Notes under the pieces: generated by a model
Database searches by the model: none
What the model was told of the DNA's origin: nothing
Seen by the model: only the letters and a program-made list of their open reading frames with translations
Shown: in pieces, positions 1 through 12,467 of the stretch
Position numbering within the stretch: the stretch's first letter is position 1
Layout of the letters: each line of letters begins with the position of its first letter
Program-made: the position numbers and the translations under genes
From: Octopus bimaculoides
Lineage: Eukaryota
DNA: 64,000 nucleotides
Assembly (NCBI RefSeq): GCF_001194135.2
Contig: NC_068982.1
Location: 52,034,867 to 52,098,866, forward strand
Direction of reading: 5' to 3'

Positions 1-469
1 TTTTCATAATACTTTTTCAAATCAAACTTTTGTTTTAAATAATCATTTTTAATTCTGAAATTATAAATAATTTAACCAAAACGACGACGACGATCAGTAG
101 ACTTTTTTTTTAATTGTTCCCAAATATCTTTAAACATATATTTCTGAAGCTAAAATAATTATACAATCAAACTTATGGCAGAAATAATATATATATTTAA
201 ATCATTAACTTTTATTACCATACTTCTGTTGAAATACACTGCCTTTGTTTCAAATAATTGTTGAAATAATGAAGAATTTGGTAAAATAACTTTGTTGTTA
301 TTAAGTTGGTATTTGAAATATGATGAAACAAGAAGTTTGTATCATAGAACCAGAGGTGGTATGAGACAGGTTGGCATCAAAAGAGTTAAACAGCAACAAA
401 AATGTCAAAATAAGGGCAATAAAAAAGGAAGATTAAATTATTTAGCTTTATTTTAGTTCATACATTCTG

Positions 470-750
470 AGTATTGAATGGCAACAGAGGGTAACCAATA
501 AAGACCTTCCCCTAATATCAAAGGTGGTCAGAGCCAAGAGACTCCATCTTGCTGGGCACTGCTACCGAGCCAAGAACAATTGCATCAGTGATGTGTTTAC
601 TCTGAAAACCAACACATAGTCACAGGAGCACAGGTTAACTGGCTACAACATATATTGACAGACGCGTGATCAACAGGGGTGCATTAGTTCTCAAGTCGGC
701 AATGGAAGACAGGGATTATTGGAGGAATGTCTGTGCAGATTGAGGAAACT
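470..750 (+). mobile_element. Decayed RTE-type LINE 3' coding end
   Basis: Translates to ISKVVRAKRLHLAGHCYRA...AMEDRDYWR, the typical RTE post-RT tail. Confidence 0.55.
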
Positions 751-1032
751 CGATCTAAGAGAGTTCATAATCAATTGCCTATGAAATAATGGTAATAATG
801 TATTGTAGGGGAGAGAGAAAGTATATTTATGGAACCTAAATACATACATATATACTTGTGGATTATACAATATGGATTAAGTATTTAGAGTTTTCACCCA
901 GTTACTAATCAGAATTTCTTGTGTTGTGTGATTGATACATACATACATACATCATCAATCAAAGTCTGTTTCCATGCTGCCTCAGGTTGGACAATATATA
1001 AGTTATTTTTCTGTAAATTATATATATATATA

Positions 1033-1300
1033 TAGTTATTGCCAAGTTAACATGGTATCCAGAAAAATAGGACAAATGTTGCCGTTGATTAGCTCCAAGA
1101 GGCCATCGCCTCTAAATAGCTACGTGACATACAAACCTGTGTCCATTACAACCTTCGAACAGGGGAGGTCATCAACTTCTCCATGCTGAATCAGATATCC
1201 ACAGACTAGTTTCAGGGTATTTGCCCTTTATCAATGTGGAGTAGTCAAACCCAGCAGGTGTCGTTGTTGACTGCCTGTTCGAAGGTTTATATATATCCAG
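1033..1300 (-). mobile_element. Penelope-like pseudo-LTR fragment with partial inversion
   Basis: Clearly homologous to 55615-55795 (shared ttagctccaaga.gccatcgcctcta and tcgaacaggggaggtca). Carries a hammerhead motif, is flanked by (TA)n, and 1151-1172 is repeated inverted near 1268-1297. Confidence 0.6.
1198..1240 (-). ncRNA. Minimal type-I hammerhead ribozyme motif (U3-A8 core variant), Penelope pseudo-LTR type
   Basis: Minus strand reads UCCACA UUGAUAA AGGG-caaaua-CCCU GAAA CUAG UC UGUGGA: 6-bp helix I, 4-bp helix II, palindromic helix III, GUC cleavage triplet. Confidence 0.72.
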
Positions 1301-1883
1301 TGGAACACGTCCACTGGTTTTCAAAAATAGAAATATTATTTCTAAATCTCTCTAAAGGAGACTACGGCAGCAGTACTGGGTATTAATAGTTATCGCCAAG
1401 TTAACATGGCAGTTCATCTCTTTAGAGAGAATTAGAAATAATAATAATAATGATAATATTATATATATATATATATAAGTACAAACAGGCAAACAACTGG
1501 TATCAGTTTAGACTATGAAATCTATATATTTAAGCATGAGAACTGAGTTGCTACATGAGGATAAACCATAAAGAAAAAAGAAGGCATGTAGATAGTCTCT
1601 TGCAACTGTTTCAGGAACAGATGATGCATTTTCCTGCAAAATGAAAGGCAGCTAGCCATACAGCAGCACTAATGAGGGAATAGATCACAGCTATATGGTG
1701 AGGTACTATTTGTTTGGCTGGATAATGTACCATCTGTGCAAATATTTTTGAAACAGCTGTAAGATACTAACTGCACACCTTACTTCCTTCTTCCTTATGA
1801 TCTATACTCATGTAACAAGTCAACCATAAGTACTAATTCTATGTACCTATTACTTTATTTCATGAAACTACCTGAATTATATA

Positions 1884-1995
1884 TATATAGCAATAAGAAA
1901 ATGGAGGGGAATATGTGGTACTCATCAACTTGCAATACAATGTCTGCAAGTTGATGAGTACCACATATTCCCCTCCATTTTCTTATTGCTATATA
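1884..1995. repeat. Perfect inverted repeat, 51-bp arms with 10-nt loop
   Basis: 1884-1934 is the exact reverse complement of 1945-1995. Confidence 0.95.
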
Positions 1996-2143
1996 AATTA
2001 AGGGTAAAATTTCCTTTCACCCGCACCCATTTATTGCACTCAGTAAAAACACTAGTGTAATAGTAATTGGGTATCCTTCCGGCAGTATATTGGATAGATA
2101 TTATCCCTTAGTGGGTTGGATTCACAACCCCTAACTTTCTTGG

Positions 2144-2145
<2 letters not shown>

Positions 2146-2240
<95 letters not shown>
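2146..2240. repeat. Compound (TA)n(GATA)n microsatellite
   Basis: Direct reading. Confidence 0.95.
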
Positions 2241-2989
2241 TGATGTCTAAAAATCCATATGTAAGAAAAATTAAGCACATGTACATTTGTCAACAGAGTG
2301 GGTATATTAATCAAAGTGCACAATGTTATATATATATATCCATTATGGCTGATCTTACCAATCAGTTTCAGGCTAAGGGTTCAACAGTGTTAGACAACAG
2401 CCTTATGTAACCCTGTGCTCTTCAGAGATGGAAGTTATGGAATGAAATATATATTTGTATGTATACGTATAAAGATATGTACATAAATGTATCAACATGG
2501 AGAGTGGGCACAAAATGATGACGATGATATATGTATATTTGATTTTCTGAGATGAAGAATTATCATTATTATATGCAAATATATTCAAACTAGAGTCCTT
2601 ATTTTGGTGGTTATAGTCAACATTTTGGTTGTTGTACTCTTTGGCCTTCTTCAGATGCCTGTTGTATTTGGTAACATTCTCAGAATTTCTAACCAGCATT
2701 TTTTTAAAGATCTCCGAAGGTAGATTATTCTCATATCATTGCTTATTCCAGAGATTGTTCCTTATTAGCTATATTCTTACATGTGATGTCACAAGCTCAT
2801 TCCACTCAGAACAGAGTATATGTCAGATTATTCTTAGGATTGAACTCACCCCTCCTGCTAACTAAAGTATTGCACATGACCTTTAACCAACACCTATATT
2901 CACAGTTCCATAGTACTGCAGGACAATTAAATAATGAAAATTAGAAGCATTATACCTTTTTCATTTCTATGTTTAGATAAAATAAATAA

Positions 2990-3230
2990 GGTTAAAACAA
3001 CATTTATAAGAATGGAAAAGATCCTCACCTCCAAAGATGCAACACTGCATCTAAAATTTATACTTATAAACTTTGTCATTTACGGGGAGAAACCTGGACA
3101 ATGTATACAGCTACGGAGAAAAAAAAAAGAAGAAGCCTTTGAGATGTGAATCTTTTGCAGATTGAACAGGGTAAGTTGGAAAAACAGGACAAATGCTGTA
3201 GTACTAGAAAAGCTGGAAGTTCAAAAAGAT
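2990..3230 (+). mobile_element. Decayed RTE-type LINE RT C-terminal fragment
   Basis: Frameshifted YG.ETWT...EAFEM(W)...RVSW..RTNA.VLEKL motif. Confidence 0.55.
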
Positions 3231-6200
3231 ATAATGTGAAGAATCAAGTCCACAAAGCTATCATATTTTGACAAAGAATGTGTTGTTTCTTATCTATTGC
3301 CTTGACTTTGTTCCACAAGGATTAGTGACTTCTTTCTGTCCACAAATAATCAGCAATGTCAAATTTTCTACCTTTCAGCAGATGATGGCATTGTGATGTA
3401 CCTTGAGCCTTGCTTTAGTGGGTGTCTACCTTTATTCAATGCCATCATATGGGGGGGGGGGGGCTTTAATTAAAAAAGAACACAAAACCTATGACTATAA
3501 AAAAAGGTCAGGGTTGAAGCCTCTAATTTCCATTAAATAATTGTCCTTCAGGACAAAAGGATAGTGAATATGAGCATTGGTTAAGGGTTAATTGCAGTAC
3601 TTTACCAAGTAGATGTGGGTTCTGTTCCTTGATTAGTCAAGCAACATAAATACTTTGGTGCAAGTGAAATAAGCCAGCACAAGTAAGAGAATAGCTAATA
3701 AGTGGCACGACTGACAGGATGAGATCAAATACCCCATAGATTAAATAAAAGATTTGGTTTGCAATCCTGAGAACATTACCAAAAATGACAGACATCTGAA
3801 TAAGGCTGGAAGGTACAATGGTTGAACTACTGAGACTAACAACCAACATAGAACACTAGTCTGGAATATATCAGTGAATTTTATACACTTATATAAAGTG
3901 TCATTAAAATTGAAAAACAAAACAAATGCGATAACCTCCAAGAATAATTATTTGAGGTCTTTCTGCAAGATGGTCGACATCGTGCTTTACTTTGAATAAA
4001 AGCTTTTATATATATATATATAATAATAATAATAACAATAATAATAATAATGAACTTTTTGCACACAGTGCTCAGGTGCACAACAACTCATCAGAAAAAA
4101 TAACCAAAACTGCATGAACAGTACATAGAATATGCACAGGAAGTGAATAGTGAATAAATCTTTAAAAAAAAAACTGGTGTGTGTTTGTGTGTGTGTCTCC
4201 TTCATGCACAGTCATGGACAAATGATTAAGATGTTTACTTTATAATCATGCGTTCCTGAGTACAATCCATCTGCATGGTACATTATGTAAGTGTCTGCGG
4301 AATGCTCAGCCAACTGCATTATAGTTTAATGAGAAGATAGCTGCATTGATCAAACAACTGAAATACTCATAAAAGATTCTCTGAAACAGCTTATCCAATG
4401 ATTGCATTGGACAAAATGGTAAGAAATAAGTAATGAAGATATGCCATTTTAAACCATAACACATTAATAAATACATATGGTTAGCCACAGCTATTAAGTA
4501 CTCTCTATCTGGTTTAATACCTGAATAATCCATATATATATTTATTATTAATGAACAAACATTGGACATATATGAACATTAGTAATACACATTAATCATT
4601 TCTATGATGAAATGAATACAATAAAGACACAAAATACCTGCACCAATTGATTAAAATTATGCTTAACAAAGTTTATATTAACCAGAATAGTTCAACATTA
4701 CACCGGTTAATAAACTTTTCAACAACTTGCTTGACTAAACATGCATAACAAAAAACTGAAACCTAATCACACACCTACTCACACTAATAAATAACATGCA
4801 TATGCTCAAGAGTGCTAATAAGCATCTATTGAGCCACACCTGTGAATCATTATCAATTCATTATTCAGTAACATGATGTACTTAACAATGTCTTTTAATT
4901 CAGCTTCAGACGTCATCAAGTGTAATATGTTTGAAATTCATGCTTATATTAACTAGATATGCTGAAACATGAAGCAGATGCTGGTGCAGCTTCCAGGTAT
5001 TTGTGAACTGAATTTAATTTGTAGACCTTAAAAGAGACTGTATATTTTCGTAGCTATCAGTGCTGGATGAACATCTCGATAAGATCTCAAATTTCTAGAA
5101 CAAAAAGAAATCATCTTTACTAAACATTCAATGGCTATGCAGTTAAAAAGTTTGCTCTGCAACCACATAGCCTCAGGGTCAGTTTGATTGCACAACACTT
5201 CAGGTAAGAGCCTTCTATTTTACCCTCAGGCTGCCCAACAGTGTAGGAAACCTGTTTGTGAGTATACATACATACCTACATACATGTATGTGCGAGAGAG
5301 AGCATAAACAAGCATATATGTTAATATTCCACACCTATCACCAATGGAGCAAGCCAATGATGATGTTGCCATTCCTTGTTGACAATATGACCAATTGTTC
5401 TGAGCTTTTAGAAACTTCTGGAAGAAAAAAAACCCACTCAGAAAGACATATATGACTATAAAATCCTGCCTCAAATAACACGCCATCTAATGCACACTAC
5501 TATGAAAAAACGGCTGTCAAACAACCAAACAAATTATTTCCATGCACAACAATATAAGGATATGGAAAAAAGCAATTCAGATTATCTAAATATTTTGAAA
5601 AATTATCAATAAAACATGAGTTTATTAATGACAATGTTACTGTTTTGTTTTCACAAGTGATTAATTGATTTAAACCTTATTGGTCCTGAGTATATCAAAA
5701 TATAAGTGAAAAGATTTACATAGATTTTATTTTTTTTAAATGATGATAGAAAAAAGAAACACAAAGATTTACAATATTAGTGTGGCAGTATCAAACTTCA
5801 GTGTATTATTCAGTTTTATTTCTGCAACAATATTTCTCTTGTATTTTTGATCTACCCTACACAATTATATATGTAGCTGGACACATCTTCATAGAAGACT
5901 GGAAATGAATGATACTACTTGTATGATGTCAGGATAAGAAGACAAACACATGCATTCAGGTACACACACTCATTACATGTATATGTAATGAGATCGAGAG
6001 ATTCTCTCAATATAGAAAACACTTAATAGTGCTCAAATAATTTGAATTTACACTCCAACATCTTTATAAGGGACCAAGTCCACAGGGAAAAGAGTGACTG
6101 TAAGAGGAATCCAGGTGAGCAGATATGGTAACAATTATGTGAATGAACAAATAAAACTGCTTGGGCTTGATATAATACATACTTACACACACACACACAC

Positions 6201-9057
6201 ACACGAGCACATAGGTGCAAAACAAGGTGAAAAAATTGTACTCAAATACCAAAGGTAGAGTAAAATAATATTTTATTAAAACTGAGAAGTTTTCACAAAC
6301 TGTCACTCAGAGTTCAGTTAACTGAAACTTTGGATAAGTTTGTGATTTTCTTTAGCATCAAGTACATAATATATATATATATATATATCATGTTATTCTA
6401 AGAAGTGGTGCACGGTACCAGAATTTTTGACTTGAGTCAAATATAATAACAAACTACTCAAATTTGTTGTTAGAGCATGCACATAAATGGAGTCTGAACC
6501 AGGTAGTTCAGATTGGCATCAAGTTATATAAGTTGCAAAAATGAAGTGAAACTAAACAATATTTTGAAATCATTTAATATGTATGTTTCAGATCTGAATA
6601 ATACATAATAGGAAGTGCATCCTTTATGTAAGATCTTTCATAAACTGCTTCATATTTTGGAATGTTTTAACTGAGAAAGGTCTTACATAATGGGTGCATT
6701 TCCCATTAAATATTATACAGACCAAAAACATATGTATTAAATGATTTCAAAATGTCACTATTTGATTTGATTTCATACATATATTTAATGGGCTTCTTTC
6801 AGTTTTCATCAACCAAATCCATTCACAAGGCTTTGGTTGGCTGAGGATATAGTAGAAAACACTTGTCCAAAGTGCAACACAGTGGGATTGAACGTGGAAT
6901 GAAGTAGTTGGGAAGCGAACTACTTGAGTCAGTCAAGCCTGCGCATGTCTTTACTTTGATAACATGCACTTAGTCCAACCTTTGTGGTGACAGGTAATAG
7001 AAAGAACATTCAGCAATCACAACCATGCCAAAAATATATTGGACACAAATGACAACAGAGTTGGCTAGTTTTTCTCTGCTGTTGTGTGTGCCAGGTAACA
7101 AAGGGCTGTGACGAGGAGTGAGGTGCCATGAGACCCGCCCAAACATTAGCAGCATGGAAAAATAGCTGTAACAATTACAATGATAAATAGAGTTAAAGTA
7201 TTAATCCAAGCTAATTGGACAGCACTTAACTAATTAGATGTTACACACAATGTAAATTGATAATCACAATATAATTAAAATAGAGTAAATATCTAATTAG
7301 TTCTGATTATGCTTACATAAAAAAAAAAGATGTCAGAAAAAAACAAAACAAATGAATAAGCTGATGTACAATAGTTATTCAATAGTATATTTGTTACTGA
7401 TTTGAACTTCATACAAATTATTCAAATATTTCAATAGACCTTAAAGAAAAGACTTTATTAAAGATCTTAAAAAACCAATAAAATTTAAATTTAGTCTCTC
7501 TTTATTTTAATTTTAAAGTATCAATAATTTTTTTTTACTATTCATGGTTAATGTTTGTTGATATTTGTTGTATTTAATGGTGTAGTACTGATTTCAAATT
7601 TTGACACACGGCCAGTGTTCAACTAGTACTTATTTTATCAACTCTGAAAGGATGAAAGGTAAAGTTGACCTCAGAATGCAAGGATGGTCAAAATTCTATT
7701 AAGTATTTTGCCCTGGCCCAGTTATGATTCTGTCATCTTGCTGCCTTTTTGAATGGTGTATTTGAAGTGCCAAATGAACTCTTTGTATTCTGGTTTTAAT
7801 TCCTGGTCATAGCCATCTAGTATCATCACTAATTCATGCACTGCCCCCCACTGTCCCCTAGTCTGAATCTATAATGAAAAAATAAATTCTATAAAATATC
7901 ACTTAATAACTAGAACACATATTTAACAAAATTCAAAAAGACCAAGAAAATTTTGGAACAGTTTGAAACAGGTATATAATAAATGCAATGACCGATATTA
8001 AACTATTGTGTTCTCAAGTAACACTACAAAATTCTTACTTGCTCTGATGATAGCAAGAGTAATATTATCTTAAATAAAGTCTATTTTTTAATATAAGTAC
8101 ATCAGAATCTTTGGTTCCAAAACTTTTCTGGATTTCTGATTTTTCTGAACCCAAGATGGTCACTTTGGTCAACACACTCTAAATTAAACATATATCAAAT
8201 TTGCTTAAATAATTAAATGAAATACAGATATCTATACTTCAGTATAAATGATACAAATTTATTAGTATTGTATTGTGTAAGTCAGCGAAAGGTACCACTG
8301 AACTAGTCTGGTGGCTGCAGTTCTGGACCATTAGTGTCCAGAAAGTCGGTGTTGTACCTGTATACAAAAGAACTAGTAGAGAGTGTACAGGGCAAAGCTA
8401 AATATATTACACTATTTTAGATTTATCTACTAAGTTCAGGTTTTAAATCTGACCTTCTCATTATATGTCTATTAGTAAACATTTAATGACCAATAAGGAA
8501 ATTTACATTTAAACTTGATTTATAATATATATAAATCCACAAATGCAATGAAGTTACTAATACACTAGCTGTTAGATGGTATGTTTGAATGAGAGATGCA
8601 GTCCCAGGTTAAGATTCAAAACCATAGCAATCATTTATATTTCTGACATGAAGGATTATTAAGAAAATTAACTGATTGGAATTTTAAAATTCATTTTCTG
8701 CATTGCATTTCTGTTTACACATTTAAGTCAATATTATGACTGGTAAAACATTTTAGTTAACTGTCTTCAATTCCCATCTTTGGTGACAAATCAGTAGAGT
8801 CCAGATAGTTTTTCATATGTTTTTTCTTTCAAATTCTAATACCATGAAACAACTCACATCATGAAAACCAGTTTCTTTTCCTTTCTTTTTGTTTTTTACT
8901 GATTGCACTATCAGTCATAAAAAGAAAATGCATAAACAATAGCATATAAGAAGTTAAAAGTTTGATTATTAATTACTTGTTTACTATAATTAATAATGTA
9001 ATGATTATCATAAAAAAATGTGATTCTATATACAATCACACACACACACATTCTTGC

Positions 9058-9226
9058 TTGGAACAGTGGATCTTGAAGCACAGAAAGCTATAAATAAGGT
9101 GTTGAAAAACCTTTTGAATAGAAAAGTCGAAGCTGCTTTCAACTTTTTCTCTCCAAAAGGGTTGTTCAACCCAATATTTACATGGTATTATTTAAAGCTG
9201 TATGTGCTTTAGATCCACTGTTCCAA
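9058..9226. repeat. Imperfect foldback (MITE-like palindrome)
   Basis: ttggaacagtggatct pairs with agatccactgttccaa, and pairing continues imperfectly to the centre. Confidence 0.75.
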
Positions 9227-9293
9227 AAAAGAATTATTGAATGTTCTCTTGAAAGTTTATAAATTCTTATATCATCAACTATACATACATACA

Positions 9294-9945
9294 TACAGAG
9301 TATTTGGGCTAAATCTGAGGATTTTTTTATGTCTCCATTTTTCAGGAACAGCTTGATGATGTATTGGTGAACAATGACATTGAAGAGCATAAGAATTAAA
9401 GTTGTAGTTGAGAAAAAGTTAGTTGACATGGAGGACTGGAAGCCATCTGAATATTGGAAAAGAGTTACTTGTATCAAGATGACTCATACCGGGTATCAAA
9501 ATGCTGACATCATAACTACTGCTCAATGCTCTGTGAACACTGTAAAAGCTGTAAGACATGACATGCACAGCTGCAGTGAAGATGAAAGAGCCATGGCCAA
9601 CAGAAAAGGACACAGTAGACATTGTGTCCATATGCCAGAATTCATCCAACTGCAGGACAAGGTAATGGAAGATCTGAGCAAAGGAAGCTGGCTCTGAATG
9701 AGGGCCTTGCTACCACTCATACTAGAGGCACAAGGGACAAATTCTGACAGCCAAGGCCAAGGAGAACCACTTGATGAAGTCAAAGAAGTTCCTGAACAAG
9801 TTGAGGCACCCTGTTGTGCTGAAGTTGATCTGAGTCTTCTCAGATGAAAATAACTGCCAGGACCAGTTGCACAACACCTACAATCCATGTGGTGTCCCAC
9901 ATATGAAAACCAAGTTCCCCCAAACTGTGATGGTCTTTGAGTGTG
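9294..9945 (+). mobile_element. 3'-truncated Tc1/mariner-superfamily (maT/DD37D-like) transposon remnant
   Basis: MEDWKPSEYWKR...QCSVNTVKAVR...EFIQLQDKVMED N-terminal HTH region, then decayed KTKFPQTVMVF.CV. Begins TA-CAG. Subfamily is inferred. Confidence 0.6.
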
Positions 9946-9951
9946 TGTATA

Positions 9952-10136
9952 TATTATTCAAAACAGTTTGATTTGGATTCTGTGCTACTTTAAGTTTTGA
10001 AGCCCCCAACAGAGCCTATCTCATCAGGCTGGTAAGAATCCAAATTAGTTTCTTACTAGCCTGATGAGGCAGGCTCTGTTAGGGGCTTCAAACCTTGAAG
10101 TAGCACAGAATCGGAATCAAACGGTTTTGAACAATA
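9952..10136. repeat. Inverted repeat of about 87-bp arms, Penelope-like tail-to-tail fragment
   Basis: Arms 9952-10038 and 10050-10136, each containing CCTGATGAG. Confidence 0.8.
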
Positions 10137-10211
10137 CATGTAAATCCCAGCCCGCTCACTCACATATATATATATATATATATATCAGGTTTGGAGGTGA
10201 TGTACAGGTAT

Positions 10212-10526
10212 TATATATTAGAAAAAATAAGGTACTCAGAGATCTGGATGGTTGTACATTTACAGATTTTTATTAGTATGTCACATGTTTTTATGAATCA
10301 TATATTAGTGCTTTCATCTACTCTAATAGATTCTTCAGGTTTAAATTTTTTTGAAGGGATTCATCTCTTTTTATAGTATTATTGAGTACGAATCCCTTCA
10401 AAAAAATTTAGATGTAAAAAATCTATTAGAGTAGATGAAAGCGCTAATATATGATTTATAAAAACATGTAACATATCAATAAACATCTGCAAATGTACAA
10501 CCATCCAGATCTCTGAGTACCTTATT

Positions 10527-10540
<14 letters not shown>
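10212..10540. repeat. Foldback element, about 150-bp arms with 27-nt loop
   Basis: Opposite-strand ORFs share ILEKIRYSEIWMVVHLQ; arms 10212-10362 and 10390-10540. Confidence 0.88.
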
Positions 10541-10579
<39 letters not shown>

Positions 10580-10974
10580 GTGTGTGTATACATAAATACA
10601 CACATATACAAAGTTTAGAGTTTATTACAGATTTCTTTGACACAAAACTAGACACATTTAAGGCTAGTGTGTGATATCTATGATCATTGTAAGTACTAAC
10701 CTTGTCCTGCTAGTGGTTCAATTTGTAATTTGAGTCTAACAACCCTTGCGTTAGAGAAAAAATAAAATTCATGAACCCAGCATTGAGCAGGGGTTTTTTT
10801 TTGTGCCTTTCTCAAATATAACATAAGAGAATTTCATTGAAGGGGAGTGGGAGAGTAAGGTAGCAAATTTTGAATCAGTCTATGACATACATATAAAAAT
10901 GCTTAATTAATGTAATCAAGGCTACAATATAATCCTTTATTGACCCTTTAGCATTCAGATTATTCAGTCAAATG

Positions 10975-11412
10975 TAATGTTATCAAGTACCTGTAGAAAA
11001 AGGGTTTAGTTATGAAGGATATTCATGCTTGCATGGCTGCTTACATTAGGGGATGATGCTCCAGCTTTATCAACAGTGAAAAAGTGGGCAGCTGAATTTA
11101 GGAGGGGAAGGGAGAGTCTTGAAGAAGACTAAAAGATGACCAAGGAAAATATTGATCATGTTCATCATATGCTGATGGATGATAGGCAAATGACTATAAA
11201 TCAAATTAGCCAATGCTGTTAGCATATCCCATGAGAAAGTTGAGAATATTCTGCATAGTAAACTTGGCATGATGAAAGTTTCTGCTCAGTGGGTGCCATG
11301 TCTTCTGACATGTGATCAAAAGCACACCGAGCTGATCACATCAAGGGAAAATCTAACATTGTTTGGGGTAAATCCAGCTGGTTTCCTTAAATGTTTCCTT
11401 ACCCAAGATGAG
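10975..11412 (+). mobile_element. Mariner transposase pseudogene fragment
   Basis: LGDDAPALSTVKKWAAEFRRGRESLEED...KVSAQWVPCLLT...FLTQDE (WVP motif and first catalytic D). Confidence 0.8.
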
Positions 11413-11874
11413 TTAGAGACAGAGAGATATTTCATGCAATAGAAACACCTGCTTGTATTTAATATGCAAGTAGGTATCCACAGCGTTCAATTTTCAGTAC
11501 CCTTCTATTTATCATAGTTATTCAGACTAATCTTAGGATTATGAGGTTCCAAAGAAAACCTATCAAAAACAAAAGTCTTTGTTAACAAGAAAGAAGCTAG
11601 GACTCTACGGCCCTCAGCGGGGTAGCCATACAAAAAACCAGTAGATATGAACTTTGTGCTGTGTAGAAAATGTGAACTGCAGATGAACACAAGATGTAGT
11701 TTAATCAAAGGAAAAATTAACAGAAGGGAAATTACTTAGAATGTTACAGACGCACAAGAGTAGTTAGCAGTAAGAATAACTAGAAATAAAATTCTTTGAA
11801 AAATTCATGAAGCTCTATAGAGATAACTGATGACTTCTGATACATAGGTGACATGCATGGCAGCCAGAATAAAA

Positions 11875-12350
11875 ATGAAGTGGAAAAAATTCAGGAAGCA
11901 ATTACCTCAGCTGACAAAGAGGTTTTGTAGTGATTGCAAAGAAAAACAGCTATAAATGAATTGCTTGTGAGAGTCATTACTGTCAGCAAGATTAGAATTA
12001 ACAATGAGTTCAGTAATTTAGCGTGTATGATGCTTATATACAAAAGAGCAATGGTGTATGGTAGCAAAACATAGGCACTAAATGTGGAGGATATGCTAGT
12101 AGTGGAAAAAAATAGAACATGTTTCACTAGATCTATAATGTTAGTGCACATGAATGACAGCACAAATGACCTGAGAAAAAAAATGGTTATAAGAGGAACC
12201 CAGATGACAGCATGCAAGAAAGATGACTACACTATACAGAGGTGATGTGCATGAGGGATAAAGTGGTAACCAGCAATCTACAAGATGAAGAAGAAAAAAA
12301 CTAAAAAAAAAACTGAGGAACACATGGGAAAGAGTGATGAAAGTTAATCT
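11875..12350 (+). mobile_element. Decayed RTE-type LINE fragment
   Basis: WKKFRKQLPQL...MVYGSKT.ALNVED, similar to 28598-28953. Confidence 0.5.
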
Positions 12351-12467
12351 CATAAAAAGGATGACAAAGAATCACAATAAATTATAAGATCCTGTGTTAG
12401 AGAAGATTTGTCTAACCAATGTATGCATGAAATAGCAAACATAAATTGATGATGATAATTCCAAGCA

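Noticed and set aside
2340-2432. Possible minus-strand hammerhead (CUGAAGA...GAAA CUGAU-loop-AUCAG)
   Set aside because: The NUH triplet is missing (CC), helix I does not close and helix II is out of register; at most a dead relic.
2403-2699. 98-aa N/K-rich ORF
   Set aside because: Overlaps the same Penelope-like fragment and AT-rich low-complexity DNA.
3637-3849. ORF resembling a transmembrane protein exon
   Set aside because: It is the antisense reading of a repeat also present inverted at about 2600-2700.
4306-4569. 87-aa hydrophobic ORF ending in TGA, considered as a membrane-protein exon or selenoprotein
   Set aside because: No recognisable family motif, no convincing splice sites or partner exons, and no SECIS identified.
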